From the IMG/VR virus record IMGVR_UViG_3300012940_000011, positions 1-44,171 of that record: 44,171 bases of DNA. One strand, written 5' to 3'. Shown piece after piece: positions 1 to 9,469 of the stretch. This DNA is from a virus. Lineage: Duplodnaviria; Caudoviricetes. Under the pieces are notes generated by a model. It was not told the DNA's origin, searched no databases, and saw only the letters and a program-made list of their open reading frames with translations. Position 1 is the stretch's first letter; every line of letters starts with the position of its first letter. Both the position numbers and the translations under genes were made by a program.

Positions 1-123
1 ACGCCGGCACGCTCAACGTCACCCTGGACACGGCGGAACCGTGCTACGAGTGGCTTTCGCTCGGTCAAATCGGTGCTCCCGGCCGACTTTTCAAAATCAC
101 TGACAATGGGGTTTTCGCTCGCA
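1..123. repeat. Terminal direct repeat copy 1 (circular assembly overlap)
   Basis: 1-123 is identical to 44049-44171, and an ORF reads through the junction. Confidence 0.95.
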
Positions 124-164
124 TTGACAGCATGAACATGAATGACGAAGAAGATGGCGGGTAA
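1..164 (+). CDS. C-terminal end of the gp10-C/tail protein that starts at 42932 (wraps the origin)
   Basis: Frame continues ...FARIDSMNMNDEEDGG* with TAA at 162-164. Confidence 0.85.
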   Translation, partial: AGTLNVTLDTAEPCYEWLSLGQIGAPGRLFKITDNGVFARIDSMNMNDEEDGG

Positions 165-1644
165 TCTCCAACCTCTCGTAAATAATCAGCGGATCGTCAA
201 AGATGACGGGACGCCCACCGATTATTTTATCCGGTGGGCGCAACAGAAGCAGATTGATATCGGGCAAGGCATCACCGCCGAACAGGCGCTTGAGATCATC
301 ACGCAATATCTTGCGGACCATGAATTGCAGGAAGGTAGCGGGATTTCGATTTCCCCGAGCGGGAACCTGTCCGACACGCCGACAATCGCCGCCGAGGTGC
401 AGGCGATCCTTGACCAGATTACCAACGTCCACGGCTCGGTGCTTTTCCGAGGCGCGGCAGGGTGGGAAGCTCTCGCGCCCGGCACCAATGGATATTTTCT
501 GAAAACCAATGGTGCGGGTGCCGATCCTGAGTGGGCAGTCGGTGGCGGCGGCGGTGGCGGTGGAGGGGGCGGCGCATGGTCGCTGATTGATTCGTGGGAT
601 TTCGCCGTAAGTGGAGCCATTACAGAGCGCATTGTTGATATAAGCGGCTACACGGACGTTCTTATAATCTTTGATAGCGTGACAACAAGCTCATCCACTT
701 GGCGCGTTGCGCAGTTCAGTCTGGACGGCGGGGCGACGTACATTTCGAGCACTGTGTACCGCTCGCTCAGCAGTACCGGAACCGTCACAAACACGGATAG
801 TGCACTCTTCACGCATGCCACGGCAAGCGCCGCTGCCCGCTCTACGGTCGCCTATATAAAGGGGACTAACGTAGACGGCGCGCCGAAAGAGTATGAGACA
901 GCACGTGATAGCGGCGTGGGCGTATTTGGCGATAGCGCAACGGCGACGCTCGGCGCGATCACCCACGTTCGCCTCTTTCCACGGGACGGGGGCACGATTA
1001 CGTTCAACGGCGGACGCATCTATGTTATCGGCCGCCCGAAGGGCAGCGGGGGAGGCGGTGGACAGCCTTGGTGGTTCAATCCCCCGAAGGCTACGGACTT
1101 TACCCAAGCCACCGGCGCATCACATGGATGGGCATCTTTGACCGATGATCCAGATGAAGGTTTGCTTTTTGATGCGGGTACACCTGTTACCGGCGATGAC
1201 TCCATTTATGCGTATCAGGCTATTCCGTCACCATCTGCGGACTGGACCGCGACGATGCGCTTGTCTGTTGTCATCCCGGTAACAAATTATTCAGCCTTCG
1301 GCATATTGTGCCAATACAGCGGCAACAGTAGAATTGAGACATTATCTGTCGCAAATGGAGCATCCTCATTAATAATTAAACAGTTGAGTCTGAACCCAAG
1401 TTCTTTCGATAGCGAAAGAGTCCTTGGCTATGTCAATGATATCAATTGGCTGCGGATATCCAAATCAGGTACAGACTTGAATTTTTACATCAGCAAAGAT
1501 GGGAAGTCTTGGGTACTCCATAGCACGCGCGCGATATCCACATGGCTTACGGCCGACCCTGACAGGATTGGATTCGGGGTTTTGTATAATCGCGCAAGCG
1601 GAACAAATGTGGCGGGAGCAATTCAACACTGGAGTGTCGCTTAG
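154..1644 (+). CDS. Tail fibre / receptor-binding protein with Gly linkers and a C-terminal lectin-like beta-sandwich
   Basis: Follows the tail hub gene; G11 and GSGGGGG linkers; C-terminal WLRISKSGTDLNFYISKDGKSW resembles ConA-like domains; lower GC in the 3' half; start at ATG 154 or 142. Confidence 0.7.
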   Translation: MAGNLQPLVNNQRIVKDDGTPTDYFIRWAQQKQIDIGQGITAEQALEIITQYLADHELQEGSGISISPSGNLSDTPTIAAEVQAILDQITNVHGSVLFRGAAGWEALAPGTNGYFLKTNGAGADPEWAVGGGGGGGGGGGAWSLIDSWDFAVSGAITERIVDISGYTDVLIIFDSVTTSSSTWRVAQFSLDGGATYISSTVYRSLSSTGTVTNTDSALFTHATASAAARSTVAYIKGTNVDGAPKEYETARDSGVGVFGDSATATLGAITHVRLFPRDGGTITFNGGRIYVIGRPKGSGGGGGQPWWFNPPKATDFTQATGASHGWASLTDDPDEGLLFDAGTPVTGDDSIYAYQAIPSPSADWTATMRLSVVIPVTNYSAFGILCQYSGNSRIETLSVANGASSLIIKQLSLNPSSFDSERVLGYVNDINWLRISKSGTDLNFYISKDGKSWVLHSTRAISTWLTADPDRIGFGVLYNRASGTNVAGAIQHWSVA

Positions 1645-1652
1645 GATGATGC

Positions 1653-1681
1653 TTGACATAGGCACGCATCTGTCACAAAAA
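1653..1681 (+). promoter_or_regulatory. Putative sigma70-type promoter for the ejection/lysis genes
   Basis: TTGACA-N17-CAAAAA in the 1645-1758 intergenic gap. Confidence 0.4.
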
Positions 1682-1758
1682 CGTGCCCGTTCCCTCGCCG
1701 TCGAGCGCTTTTCCACATAGCCCACCGGGAACCACGGGGCCATTTGGAAGACAAGCGC

Positions 1759-2163
1759 ATGACCCTGCCCCTCGAAACCATAGCCGAAGCAATCGACGAA
1801 GCCACCCTCAACCGAGGCGTGCGCGGCGCGGACTGGCTGGCTTCCGAGGGCAACATTCCCGTCACCTTCGACAACGGCGATATCGCGCTGTTCGAGCACG
1901 AAGGCGACGACGACTATCAGGTGCATTTCCTTTTTGTGGCGCGCGGCCGGGAGGCCATCAACCATGCCCGCGAATCGTTCCGCATCATGTTCGCCGAGCA
2001 CGGCGCCAAACTGATCTTCGGGCTGGTTCCCGATTTCCGCCGCGACGTGAAGCTCCTGGCCCGTTGGGCGGGTGGCAAGTGCGCAGGCATCCGTTCAACG
2101 CCCGAAGGGCCATGTGAGCTTTATGTGCTCTCGAATTCCATGTTTTACAGGGGTGCGATCTAA
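1759..2163 (+). CDS. GNAT-like acetyltransferase (P22 gp14-like position)
   Basis: YQVHFLF..RGREAI motif; sits immediately before the ejection genes as in P22-like phages. Confidence 0.6.
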   Translation: MTLPLETIAEAIDEATLNRGVRGADWLASEGNIPVTFDNGDIALFEHEGDDDYQVHFLFVARGREAINHARESFRIMFAEHGAKLIFGLVPDFRRDVKLLARWAGGKCAGIRSTPEGPCELYVLSNSMFYRGAI

Positions 2164-2888
2164 TGGGTTTTCTCAAGCCTAAAGCGGCCAAAAGCTCGTC
2201 GGAGAACGTCAACAATTCGTTGATCACCTCCACCTACGGCGGGCAGATGCAGCAGGGAACCGGCGCAACTAATTTCCTCGCGCAGCTTCTCGGCGTGAGC
2301 CCGTCCAGCGTCGCCAACACCGCCCACACAGTCGGGACGGCCGCGAACGGCATTGCAGCCGGCGGCGGGGCTCAACAGGGCTACAACAATTATCTGCAGA
2401 TGGCGGGTTATGCCCCGGCGATGCGCCAGATGGCACAAGGCGTCACCGGCCAGGGGGCGGCGTCCGGTTTGCTCCGCAGCGGTGCAACGGCCAAGGCTCT
2501 GCAAACTCGCGGCGCGGAATTGAACCAAGGATTTTTCAACAACTATCTGCAACAGCTTGCCGGGCTCTCGGGCCTCGGATTGCAGGCCGGCGGGCTCGTG
2601 GCGAACACGGGCCAGAAATCGACCAACACAGGCGGCAGCCCGTCCACGCTCGGCAGCATCGCATCCACCGTGGGCGGTATCGCGTCAATCTTCTCCGACC
2701 GTCGCCTAAAGCGCGATATCGAGCGCGTCGGCGAATTCCCGGACGGCCTTGGCATCTACGCCTATCGCTATGTCATGGGCGCCAAGCGCGTTCTCGGCGT
2801 CATGGCGGATGAAGTCGCCAAGCTGCGGCCGTGGGCCCTTGGTCCCGAGCGGGCCGGCTATGCGACCGTGAATTATGGAGCGCTCTAA
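2163..2888 (+). CDS. DNA ejection/pilot protein (gp7-like) with C-terminal peptidase S74 chaperone domain
   Basis: Gly/Ala/Gln-rich body with GLLRSGAT.KAL; C-terminal SDRRLKRDI...GVMADEV...VNY. Confidence 0.7.
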   Translation: MGFLKPKAAKSSSENVNNSLITSTYGGQMQQGTGATNFLAQLLGVSPSSVANTAHTVGTAANGIAAGGGAQQGYNNYLQMAGYAPAMRQMAQGVTGQGAASGLLRSGATAKALQTRGAELNQGFFNNYLQQLAGLSGLGLQAGGLVANTGQKSTNTGGSPSTLGSIASTVGGIASIFSDRRLKRDIERVGEFPDGLGIYAYRYVMGAKRVLGVMADEVAKLRPWALGPERAGYATVNYGAL

Positions 2889-4690
2889 TGGCGAACCTTC
2901 TCCAATTGCTCGGACTCGCCGCAGGACCGGCCGCAGCTTTCGGGGCTAGTGCGCAGCAAACCCGACCGATCCAATCTATCGACCCGAACACCGGCCTTCC
3001 GGTTCCCGGGCCGATCATCAATAACCAAATTGACCCCAACAATTCGATGGGTATGCGTGCGGTTGGTAATATAGACGTAACCAAACGGCCAATTGTACGT
3101 AATTCGGATGGTAGCATTTCTACGGTTCGGAGCCTGTCTTTTGGTACCGACCGGGGAGAAATCCTAGTTCCTACTGTGTCGGACGATGGGCGGATTTTGT
3201 CGGATGAAGACGCTATTGCGCTTTATCGACAGACGGGACGGAATTTGGGCACATTTGATACGCCCGAACATGCAACTGCCTATGCACAGAATTTACACAA
3301 CCAACAGGCAGCGCAGTATCTACCTCAAAATCAATCGAACGTCTTGCAAGCGATTGGAGGTTCTCCCGATGCCCCGCAACCGGCACCTGTCCCGCAAGCG
3401 CCGCAACAGTCCGCAGCGCCGGCCGAAGCACCGCGTCAACGGCGCTCGCTTCTCGATACCGTGGGGCGAATTTCGGACGTGCTCGCGCGGGTGGGAGGTG
3501 CGGAAGCCCTCTATCAGCCGACCTTGGATGCGCGCGAAGACCGCTCCAACATGCTCGAAGATCGCACGCGGCAAATCGACCTCGACGCGCTGCGGAGCCA
3601 AATCGTCAAACAGCAAATCGCGGCGGGCAGCGATGAAGCAACGGCGCGTGGCAATGCGATGCTCGGCGCAGCGGCCCGTGGCCTCCAAGCGATCCAGCGG
3701 CGCGGCGGTGATATCAACGCGGCGTGGCCGTTGCTCGCACGACAAGCGGGGATCCCGGAAGACCGCGCGCAGGCGCTAGGCCAGATTTTCGCGCAAAATC
3801 CGCAGGCGGTCGAAGCCATTGCGGCCATGACCGGCCAGGAACGTGAATTCGGGGTGCAGCCCTTTTACGCGCAGGGCCCGGACGGGCAGCTTCGCGCCTA
3901 TCAGCTTGGACGTGACGGCTCTATCCAGCCGATCCAGCTTGGCGAGGGTGAAACGCCTATCGACCCGCTCAAATTCGTCAATACTGGTGGCACGCAGGTG
4001 GGCGTGGGTACGCGCTCGGGCCAGGTGCGCCGTATCCTGCCGAATTCGGTTGACCCCAACACTCGGGCCAATATCGGCTCGCGCGAACGTATCGCTGCGG
4101 CAGGCAACGCCTCTCGGGAACGTATCGCTGCGACGCGCGGTGCGAAAGGCGGAGATGCGGGTGTAAGTGAGGCGCAACAGCGCATCGTTTCACGGCTTGG
4201 CTCAATTCGCGGAGCGGTGGACCGTTTGGACCGTCTCGGGGCACTTGTGACGCCGGGAGAAACCGCGAGCAATATTGGGCGCCGTATCCGGTCTTCGGGT
4301 CCGGGGCAGCTTGTGGAAAGTTTTATCGGCACCGATGTGTCCGAACAGCGCCAGCTTATCGAGCAAGAGGCAAACGCCATTGTTGCGGAAATGAAGGTGG
4401 CGCTGGAATTGACTGGCACGATGATGGACCGCCCGCAAGAATATCAGCGGTATGTGAACATCATCAATAATCCCAACACCACAAAAGCAAACATGATCAA
4501 GGCGCTGGACGCACTGGAACGGCAATTCAATTCGGATATGTCACGCCGGAACGCCCCGGCGCCCGCTGGCGGTGGTGCTCGGCCGCGTGTGGTCCCCCGT
4601 GCTGCTCCGCGCAGCGCAGCGCCTTCGCGGGGAGGTGGAGGTAACGCCGCCGCTATTGCGGAAGCACGTCGCAGAGGATTGATCCCCTAA
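2888..4690 (+). CDS. Internal virion / DNA ejection protein
   Basis: 600 aa, Ala/Gln/Arg-rich, coupled by TAATG overlaps within the ejection cluster. Confidence 0.65.
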   Translation: MANLLQLLGLAAGPAAAFGASAQQTRPIQSIDPNTGLPVPGPIINNQIDPNNSMGMRAVGNIDVTKRPIVRNSDGSISTVRSLSFGTDRGEILVPTVSDDGRILSDEDAIALYRQTGRNLGTFDTPEHATAYAQNLHNQQAAQYLPQNQSNVLQAIGGSPDAPQPAPVPQAPQQSAAPAEAPRQRRSLLDTVGRISDVLARVGGAEALYQPTLDAREDRSNMLEDRTRQIDLDALRSQIVKQQIAAGSDEATARGNAMLGAAARGLQAIQRRGGDINAAWPLLARQAGIPEDRAQALGQIFAQNPQAVEAIAAMTGQEREFGVQPFYAQGPDGQLRAYQLGRDGSIQPIQLGEGETPIDPLKFVNTGGTQVGVGTRSGQVRRILPNSVDPNTRANIGSRERIAAAGNASRERIAATRGAKGGDAGVSEAQQRIVSRLGSIRGAVDRLDRLGALVTPGETASNIGRRIRSSGPGQLVESFIGTDVSEQRQLIEQEANAIVAEMKVALELTGTMMDRPQEYQRYVNIINNPNTTKANMIKALDALERQFNSDMSRRNAPAPAGGGARPRVVPRAAPRSAAPSRGGGGNAAAIAEARRRGLIP

Positions 4691-7600
4691 TGGCTTGGAC
4701 CGACTATCTCGACTATTCGCCGGTAGGGCTCGGTATGCGCGCGGGGAATTATCTCGCGTCGCTGGTGATGCCGGCCGAACAGCCCCGCAAGACGCCTCCA
4801 CGCCAGCAACCGCGTGCAACGCCTCGGCAGACGCCTCGACGGACGCCGGCTCCCACGCCGACGCCCGCACCTCGGACGGCTCCGCGCTCGGCACCTCGTC
4901 GCGGTGGATCGACCGACGACTATTTGCAGCGGTGGGGCAATAAGGATCCGGCCGAGCTTCGCCAGCTTTACCAGCAGGCGCGGCAATCGGTCGTCCGGCA
5001 AATCACGGACCCGCGCCAGCGTGAGCGCGCCCTTACGCGGTTCGATTCCGATCCCCGGACGCAGGCGATACGGCAGCTTGCCGGGCTCGAACGTGTCACC
5101 ACGACGCGCGCGGAGCTTCAAGACATTGCCCGGCGTGCTCGGGCGACGCGCTCCGAATTGCTCACCGAAACCGGCCGTAAGGTGGCGCGCGAACGGCAGG
5201 GCGCGAATTCCGACTTTTCCTCGGCGCTTGGCGCTGGCATCCGGCGGTCCCTTTTCGGTATCCCCGAGCGGGTGGCTGCGGCCGGCCTCGCCTATCTGCC
5301 GTCGAGCATCACGGGCAACAATACCGATCTCAATTATGATGAGCTTTTGCAGGTAACGCGCGCCGCGACCGACGAAGAATTGGGGCGCTCGACCGGCGGC
5401 AACATCATCGGGCAAATCATGGGCTCGTTCGCGGGCGGCGGCGTTGCCGGAAAAATGATCACGCAAGGTGCCGGACGCCTCGCAGCCGCAGGTGCGCCCA
5501 TTGCGCAGCGCGCCGGCAACGTGCTCCAAAGCCTCACGCAATTGCAAAAAGGCCAGCGTCTCGCGAACGCGGGGCGGATTTCTCTTGCTGGCGCGACCGG
5601 CGGTGCCGCCCAGGCAGCCGGGGAAGGCAGCGACGTGGGCGAAGGCGCCGTGACTGGTGCAATCGCGGCTCCGGTCCTGGCTGGCGGCATAAAAGCTGTG
5701 CAGGCCGGCGCTCGGGCGCTGCGGCAGGCAACGCGGCCGTTTTCGTCGTCGGTGCCCAAGGCAATTCGTGAAGTCATCACAGAGGCGCCCGACGCGGTGG
5801 CTTCCCGGCAGGCTGCTTTGTCTGCGCAGACCGGCACGAATGTTCCCGTGGTCGCGGCACTCAAGGATCAGGATTTCCGTCGCGTCGCCGAAAAGGTGCT
5901 CAAGCGCTCGCCCGAGGCCACGGAAGTCGCCAAAGGCCACGCGGGCACCTATCTGCGTGGTTTCATGGACCGGATGCTTGGACATGTGAACCGGGCCGGC
6001 CGGCAGGGCGACGCGCAAATCACCAGTATCGGGGAATTGGCGCAGCTTCGGAAGGACACGGCGGACGATCTCATGCGGCCGATTGCCGGGCACACCGTCG
6101 ATCTCACGCAATTGCCGCTGGACGATCTTGAGCGGCAGATGACGCGGCAAATCGGTGGCCGCATCCAGGGCCTCGCCCCGCGTATCAACGAGGCGCTGCG
6201 CGATCTCGCGCCCGACGATCTCGCCGGCATGGGGCTGGACGCAAGCGACGTGGCGAACGCGCGGCGCCTCATGACGCAATGGGGCCTCGGAACGCCCGTG
6301 CACGCCACGGTGCAGGAAATGGACAGTCTGCGACGTGCGCTCGATGCGGCGGCGAAATCCTCGCAGAATTCCAACCCGGCGAACGCGATGGCGTTCCGCA
6401 ATGCAGCCAAGGCCGTTCGGGATTTCGTTTCCGGCGAGGTGCCCGCCTATGGTCAAATGGTCGATACCTACGCCGCGCAGTCGCGGATGATGGAAGGCTT
6501 CGAGACTGCAGCGGCCGGGCGCCGTGTGACCGATATCGAGGACGATCTCCTGCGCTCGAACCTGCGCACGCCCGAGGGCCGCATCGGTATGAAGGCGGGC
6601 GAACTTTTCCGCCAGCGCGAGGCCGTGACCGGACGCCCCACGGGAGCGATTGCGGCCGCACGCGATTTCGCTTCGGAAGGGCGCCTCACGCGGCCGGCAA
6701 GCCTCGAACCGGGAGCCGCACAGCCTGGTACCGTGACGGAAAATCTCGGCGACGCGGCCGCAGCCGGTCTTGCACGTGCATCGCAGGGCGAAACGCAGGT
6801 GCTCGGCCGGATGCTCGACACGGATAGGCTCAATGCCATGGCCCGCGACGAAAGCGGCGCGCTCTCGCCCGAGGAAATCGTCTATGGCGCCTTCCTCGGC
6901 AATGCACTGGCATCCACCAAGGCCCGATTCCTCGCATCGCTGCTCGACAAGCTGCCGCACGGCTTCAACAAGAAAGTCGCCAATAACCTGTCCGACATGC
7001 TTTTCAGTCAGGATCCGGCCGCGACGCAGCGGGCGATGACGGCACTCCAAAAAATCGGCATCGGCGAACGTGCGGCGGTGAGCCTCATGCAAAATGCGCT
7101 GCCCAACAATATCGCGGTTGGTATGATGGCCGGCGGCCGTGGTGCGCCCGGCGACGGCACCCCGAGCGGCGAAATTCCGTCCGTGGAAGGCGATCTCGAC
7201 GGGGCGGAAGATTATTCGCAAATGTCCGACGAAGAATTGCTGCGGCTAATCGGCCAGGACGGTGAGGACTATTCGCAAATGTCCGACGAAGAATTGCTGC
7301 AGCTTATCGAGCAAGGCGGCGATAGCCCCTATGCGCAGGATTTGCAGCACATTTACGACACGGAAAACCCCGAGCTTCTGGACCTGATCGACCGCGTGGA
7401 AAATCAGGAAAGCGGCAGGCGTCAATTTGACGAGAACGGCCGGCCGCTTGCGTCGTCGGCGGGCGCTATCGGCGTCATGCAGGTGATGCCCGGCACCGCG
7501 CCCGAAGCTGCCGCAATGGCCGGCGTGCCGTGGGATGAACAGGCGTATTACAACGATCCCGTCTATAACCGGATCCTCGGCATCGCCTACCTGTCCGAAA

Positions 7601-7737
7601 TGCTGCGTCGCTATAATGGCGACGTGGAATTGGCGCTTGCCGCCTACAACGCCGGCCCCGGACGTGCGGACGAATACGCCGCCGGGCGCGGTGGCCTCCC
7701 CGCTGAAACACAGGACTATGTTGCAAGGATCATGTGA
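4690..7737 (+). CDS. Large ejection protein with C-terminal lytic transglycosylase (SLT) domain
   Basis: QESG...SSAGAIGVMQVMPGT...ALAAYNAGPG...ETQDYV SLT motifs. Confidence 0.85.
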   Translation: MAWTDYLDYSPVGLGMRAGNYLASLVMPAEQPRKTPPRQQPRATPRQTPRRTPAPTPTPAPRTAPRSAPRRGGSTDDYLQRWGNKDPAELRQLYQQARQSVVRQITDPRQRERALTRFDSDPRTQAIRQLAGLERVTTTRAELQDIARRARATRSELLTETGRKVARERQGANSDFSSALGAGIRRSLFGIPERVAAAGLAYLPSSITGNNTDLNYDELLQVTRAATDEELGRSTGGNIIGQIMGSFAGGGVAGKMITQGAGRLAAAGAPIAQRAGNVLQSLTQLQKGQRLANAGRISLAGATGGAAQAAGEGSDVGEGAVTGAIAAPVLAGGIKAVQAGARALRQATRPFSSSVPKAIREVITEAPDAVASRQAALSAQTGTNVPVVAALKDQDFRRVAEKVLKRSPEATEVAKGHAGTYLRGFMDRMLGHVNRAGRQGDAQITSIGELAQLRKDTADDLMRPIAGHTVDLTQLPLDDLERQMTRQIGGRIQGLAPRINEALRDLAPDDLAGMGLDASDVANARRLMTQWGLGTPVHATVQEMDSLRRALDAAAKSSQNSNPANAMAFRNAAKAVRDFVSGEVPAYGQMVDTYAAQSRMMEGFETAAAGRRVTDIEDDLLRSNLRTPEGRIGMKAGELFRQREAVTGRPTGAIAAARDFASEGRLTRPASLEPGAAQPGTVTENLGDAAAAGLARASQGETQVLGRMLDTDRLNAMARDESGALSPEEIVYGAFLGNALASTKARFLASLLDKLPHGFNKKVANNLSDMLFSQDPAATQRAMTALQKIGIGERAAVSLMQNALPNNIAVGMMAGGRGAPGDGTPSGEIPSVEGDLDGAEDYSQMSDEELLRLIGQDGEDYSQMSDEELLQLIEQGGDSPYAQDLQHIYDTENPELLDLIDRVENQESGRRQFDENGRPLASSAGAIGVMQVMPGTAPEAAAMAGVPWDEQAYYNDPVYNRILGIAYLSEMLRRYNGDVELALAAYNAGPGRADEYAAGRGGLPAETQDYVARIM
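7207..7307 (+). repeat. 57-nt-period coding tandem repeat (EDYSQMSDEELLxLI x2)
   Basis: tattcgcaaatgtccgacgaagaattgctgc occurs twice. Confidence 0.9.
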
Positions 7738-7982
7738 TGACCAACGAGGAAATCAAGCAACGGCTCGAGGACGGACAGGTGCAGTTTCAGCAGATTAACA
7801 AGACGTTGCAAGAAATGAACGATTCTCTCGCGTCCATGAAATCCGACATGCAGACGACAAAGGAAATCGTGGAGGCGTGGAACGCGGTTAAGACCGGCGG
7901 AAAATTCATTCGTTGGGCTGTACCCATCGTTGCGGGGATCGGGTCTTTCTGGCTCGCGTTGAAAGGATGGTTATTCCGATGA
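7734..7982 (+). CDS. Small coiled-coil membrane protein (holin/antiholin-like)
   Basis: N-terminal coiled coil plus one C-terminal TM helix, upstream of the endolysin. Confidence 0.55.
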   Translation: MMTNEEIKQRLEDGQVQFQQINKTLQEMNDSLASMKSDMQTTKEIVEAWNAVKTGGKFIRWAVPIVAGIGSFWLALKGWLFR

Positions 7983-8224
7983 GCGGGCAGCAATATTCTC
8001 CCGGCCAGCTTGACGCCATCGCCCGTGAGCGGGGATTTCCCGACTATGCGACGTGGATGGCGTGGCATCAAAAATATCGCGCACCCATGCGCGGGCAAGG
8101 TCAGGCACAGCCGCAGCAGAAAAATTGGTTGCAAAACCTGGTCGATCAAATTCCCATTCATCCGTCCTATCTGTTCAATTACGTGTCGGACAAGATCGAC
8201 GGGGCAACGAGGAAAAACCGATGA
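7979..8224 (+). CDS. Hypothetical protein
   Basis: ATGA overlaps at both ends; 81 aa. Confidence 0.6.
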   Translation: MSGQQYSPGQLDAIARERGFPDYATWMAWHQKYRAPMRGQGQAQPQQKNWLQNLVDQIPIHPSYLFNYVSDKIDGATRKNR

Positions 8225-8823
8225 CCTCGCTAACCGACAAGCAGATTTTCGATGCCATCCGCGCGCGCAAGAGCGCTCCGCTTACACAGGCGGACGTGGA
8301 CGCGATCAACGCGATCATGTATCCGCCGAAGCCCGCGCCAGCCGGCCTGCCGTGGATCGACGCGGCGCGCTCGAAGATCGGCGAAAAGGAAGTGCCGGGC
8401 CCCAAGCATAATAATTGGATCGCGGCCGGGTGGGCAAAGCTCGGCGCCGGCTGGTTTAATGACGACGAAACCCCGTGGTGCGGCTTTTTCGTCGCGTGGG
8501 CACTGAAAGAGGCGGGCTTGCCCTACCCCAAGAATTTCCCGGCCGCTGCCAGCTTCCGTGACTATGGGACGGCTTGCCAGCCGCAGCTAGGCGCTATCGG
8601 CGTCAAAGCGCGCAAGGGTGGGAACCACGTCTTTTTCATCGTCGGGGAGACGCCGGACAAGCGTTTCTATAAGGCGCTCGGCGGAAACCAGTCGAACGCG
8701 GTTAATATCATGGATATTGCCAAATCGGACGTGGACGCTATCCGGTGGCCTCCCGGCACGCCGATTGTCGCAACAGGGCTTCCGGTCATGCCGGCCGGCC
8801 AGATTTCGAGGAATGAGGCATGA
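8221..8823 (+). CDS. Endolysin, NlpC/P60-CHAP-like (TIGR02594-type)
   Basis: PWIDAARSKIGEKE, DDETPWCGFFV, GGNHVFF, LGGNQSNAV motifs. Confidence 0.85.
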   Translation: MTSLTDKQIFDAIRARKSAPLTQADVDAINAIMYPPKPAPAGLPWIDAARSKIGEKEVPGPKHNNWIAAGWAKLGAGWFNDDETPWCGFFVAWALKEAGLPYPKNFPAAASFRDYGTACQPQLGAIGVKARKGGNHVFFIVGETPDKRFYKALGGNQSNAVNIMDIAKSDVDAIRWPPGTPIVATGLPVMPAGQISRNEA

Positions 8824-9113
8824 ATTTCTGGCAATTTCTCGACCGGCAGGTTGAGCGGATCAAGCCGAGCGGCGTGGCCGGGGCAGGAATTTTTCTGCTA
8901 ACCTTCATCGTGCTCTGGATGCTGCGTGACGACCGCACGCTTGCCGACAACGATTTGTTCAAGACACTGGCGCAGTCCATCGTTGTCCAAGGGCTGATCG
9001 GCCTCGCAATGGCCGCGTGGTTCACAAAGAACCGCGAGGGGCCCGCCGAAACCCACATCGTTAATCCGCCCACGGACCCGGTGCCCGTCGAATCGCAGGG
9101 AGAACAACCATGA
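8820..9113 (+). CDS. Holin (2 TM segments)
   Basis: Two hydrophobic helices; lies between endolysin and spanin. Confidence 0.65.
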   Translation: MNFWQFLDRQVERIKPSGVAGAGIFLLTFIVLWMLRDDRTLADNDLFKTLAQSIVVQGLIGLAMAAWFTKNREGPAETHIVNPPTDPVPVESQGEQP

Positions 9114-9469
9114 TCACCTCGGCCGCAGCGCTCGCGCTGCTCAAGAAATGGTGGCCGTTGCTCGCGGCCGCGCTGCTCTTCGGTGTGCTGCTCACCCTCG
9201 TTTATTGCAACGGCCGCTCGGCCGGGCGGCAAGGCGAAGTCGTCAAGCAGCAGGGGCGCGAGATCGAGACGCAGCGCGACCTTGGCCGGGCGAACGAAAA
9301 TGCGGCCGATGCCCGAGTGAAGGATGCGACCAGGGCCGCGCAACAGGAAAAGGAATTGGCCGATGCGCTCAACGCTACAAAGGATCCTGATCGCCAGCGC
9401 GCTTTGCGCGGTTGCGCCATCCTGCACCAACAGGGTAGAGACACAGCGAACATTCCCGCCTGCCGCTGA
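9110..9469 (+). CDS. Rz: Inner-membrane spanin
   Basis: N-terminal TM followed by coiled coil; overlaps a lipoprotein gene. Confidence 0.75.
   Translation: MITSAAALALLKKWWPLLAAALLFGVLLTLVYCNGRSAGRQGEVVKQQGREIETQRDLGRANENAADARVKDATRAAQQEKELADALNATKDPDRQRALRGCAILHQQGRDTANIPACR

Noticed and set aside
1-123. 123-bp terminal repeat as a biological DTR
   Set aside because: It falls in the middle of a tail gene that reads through the junction, so it is best explained as the assembler's circular overlap.
4687-7221. 844-aa - strand ORF and other long antisense ORFs (33898-35175, 35981-37240, 41115-42851, 11461-12540)
   Set aside because: Shadow frames of GC-rich genes that have clear motifs on the opposite strand; no recognisable domains.
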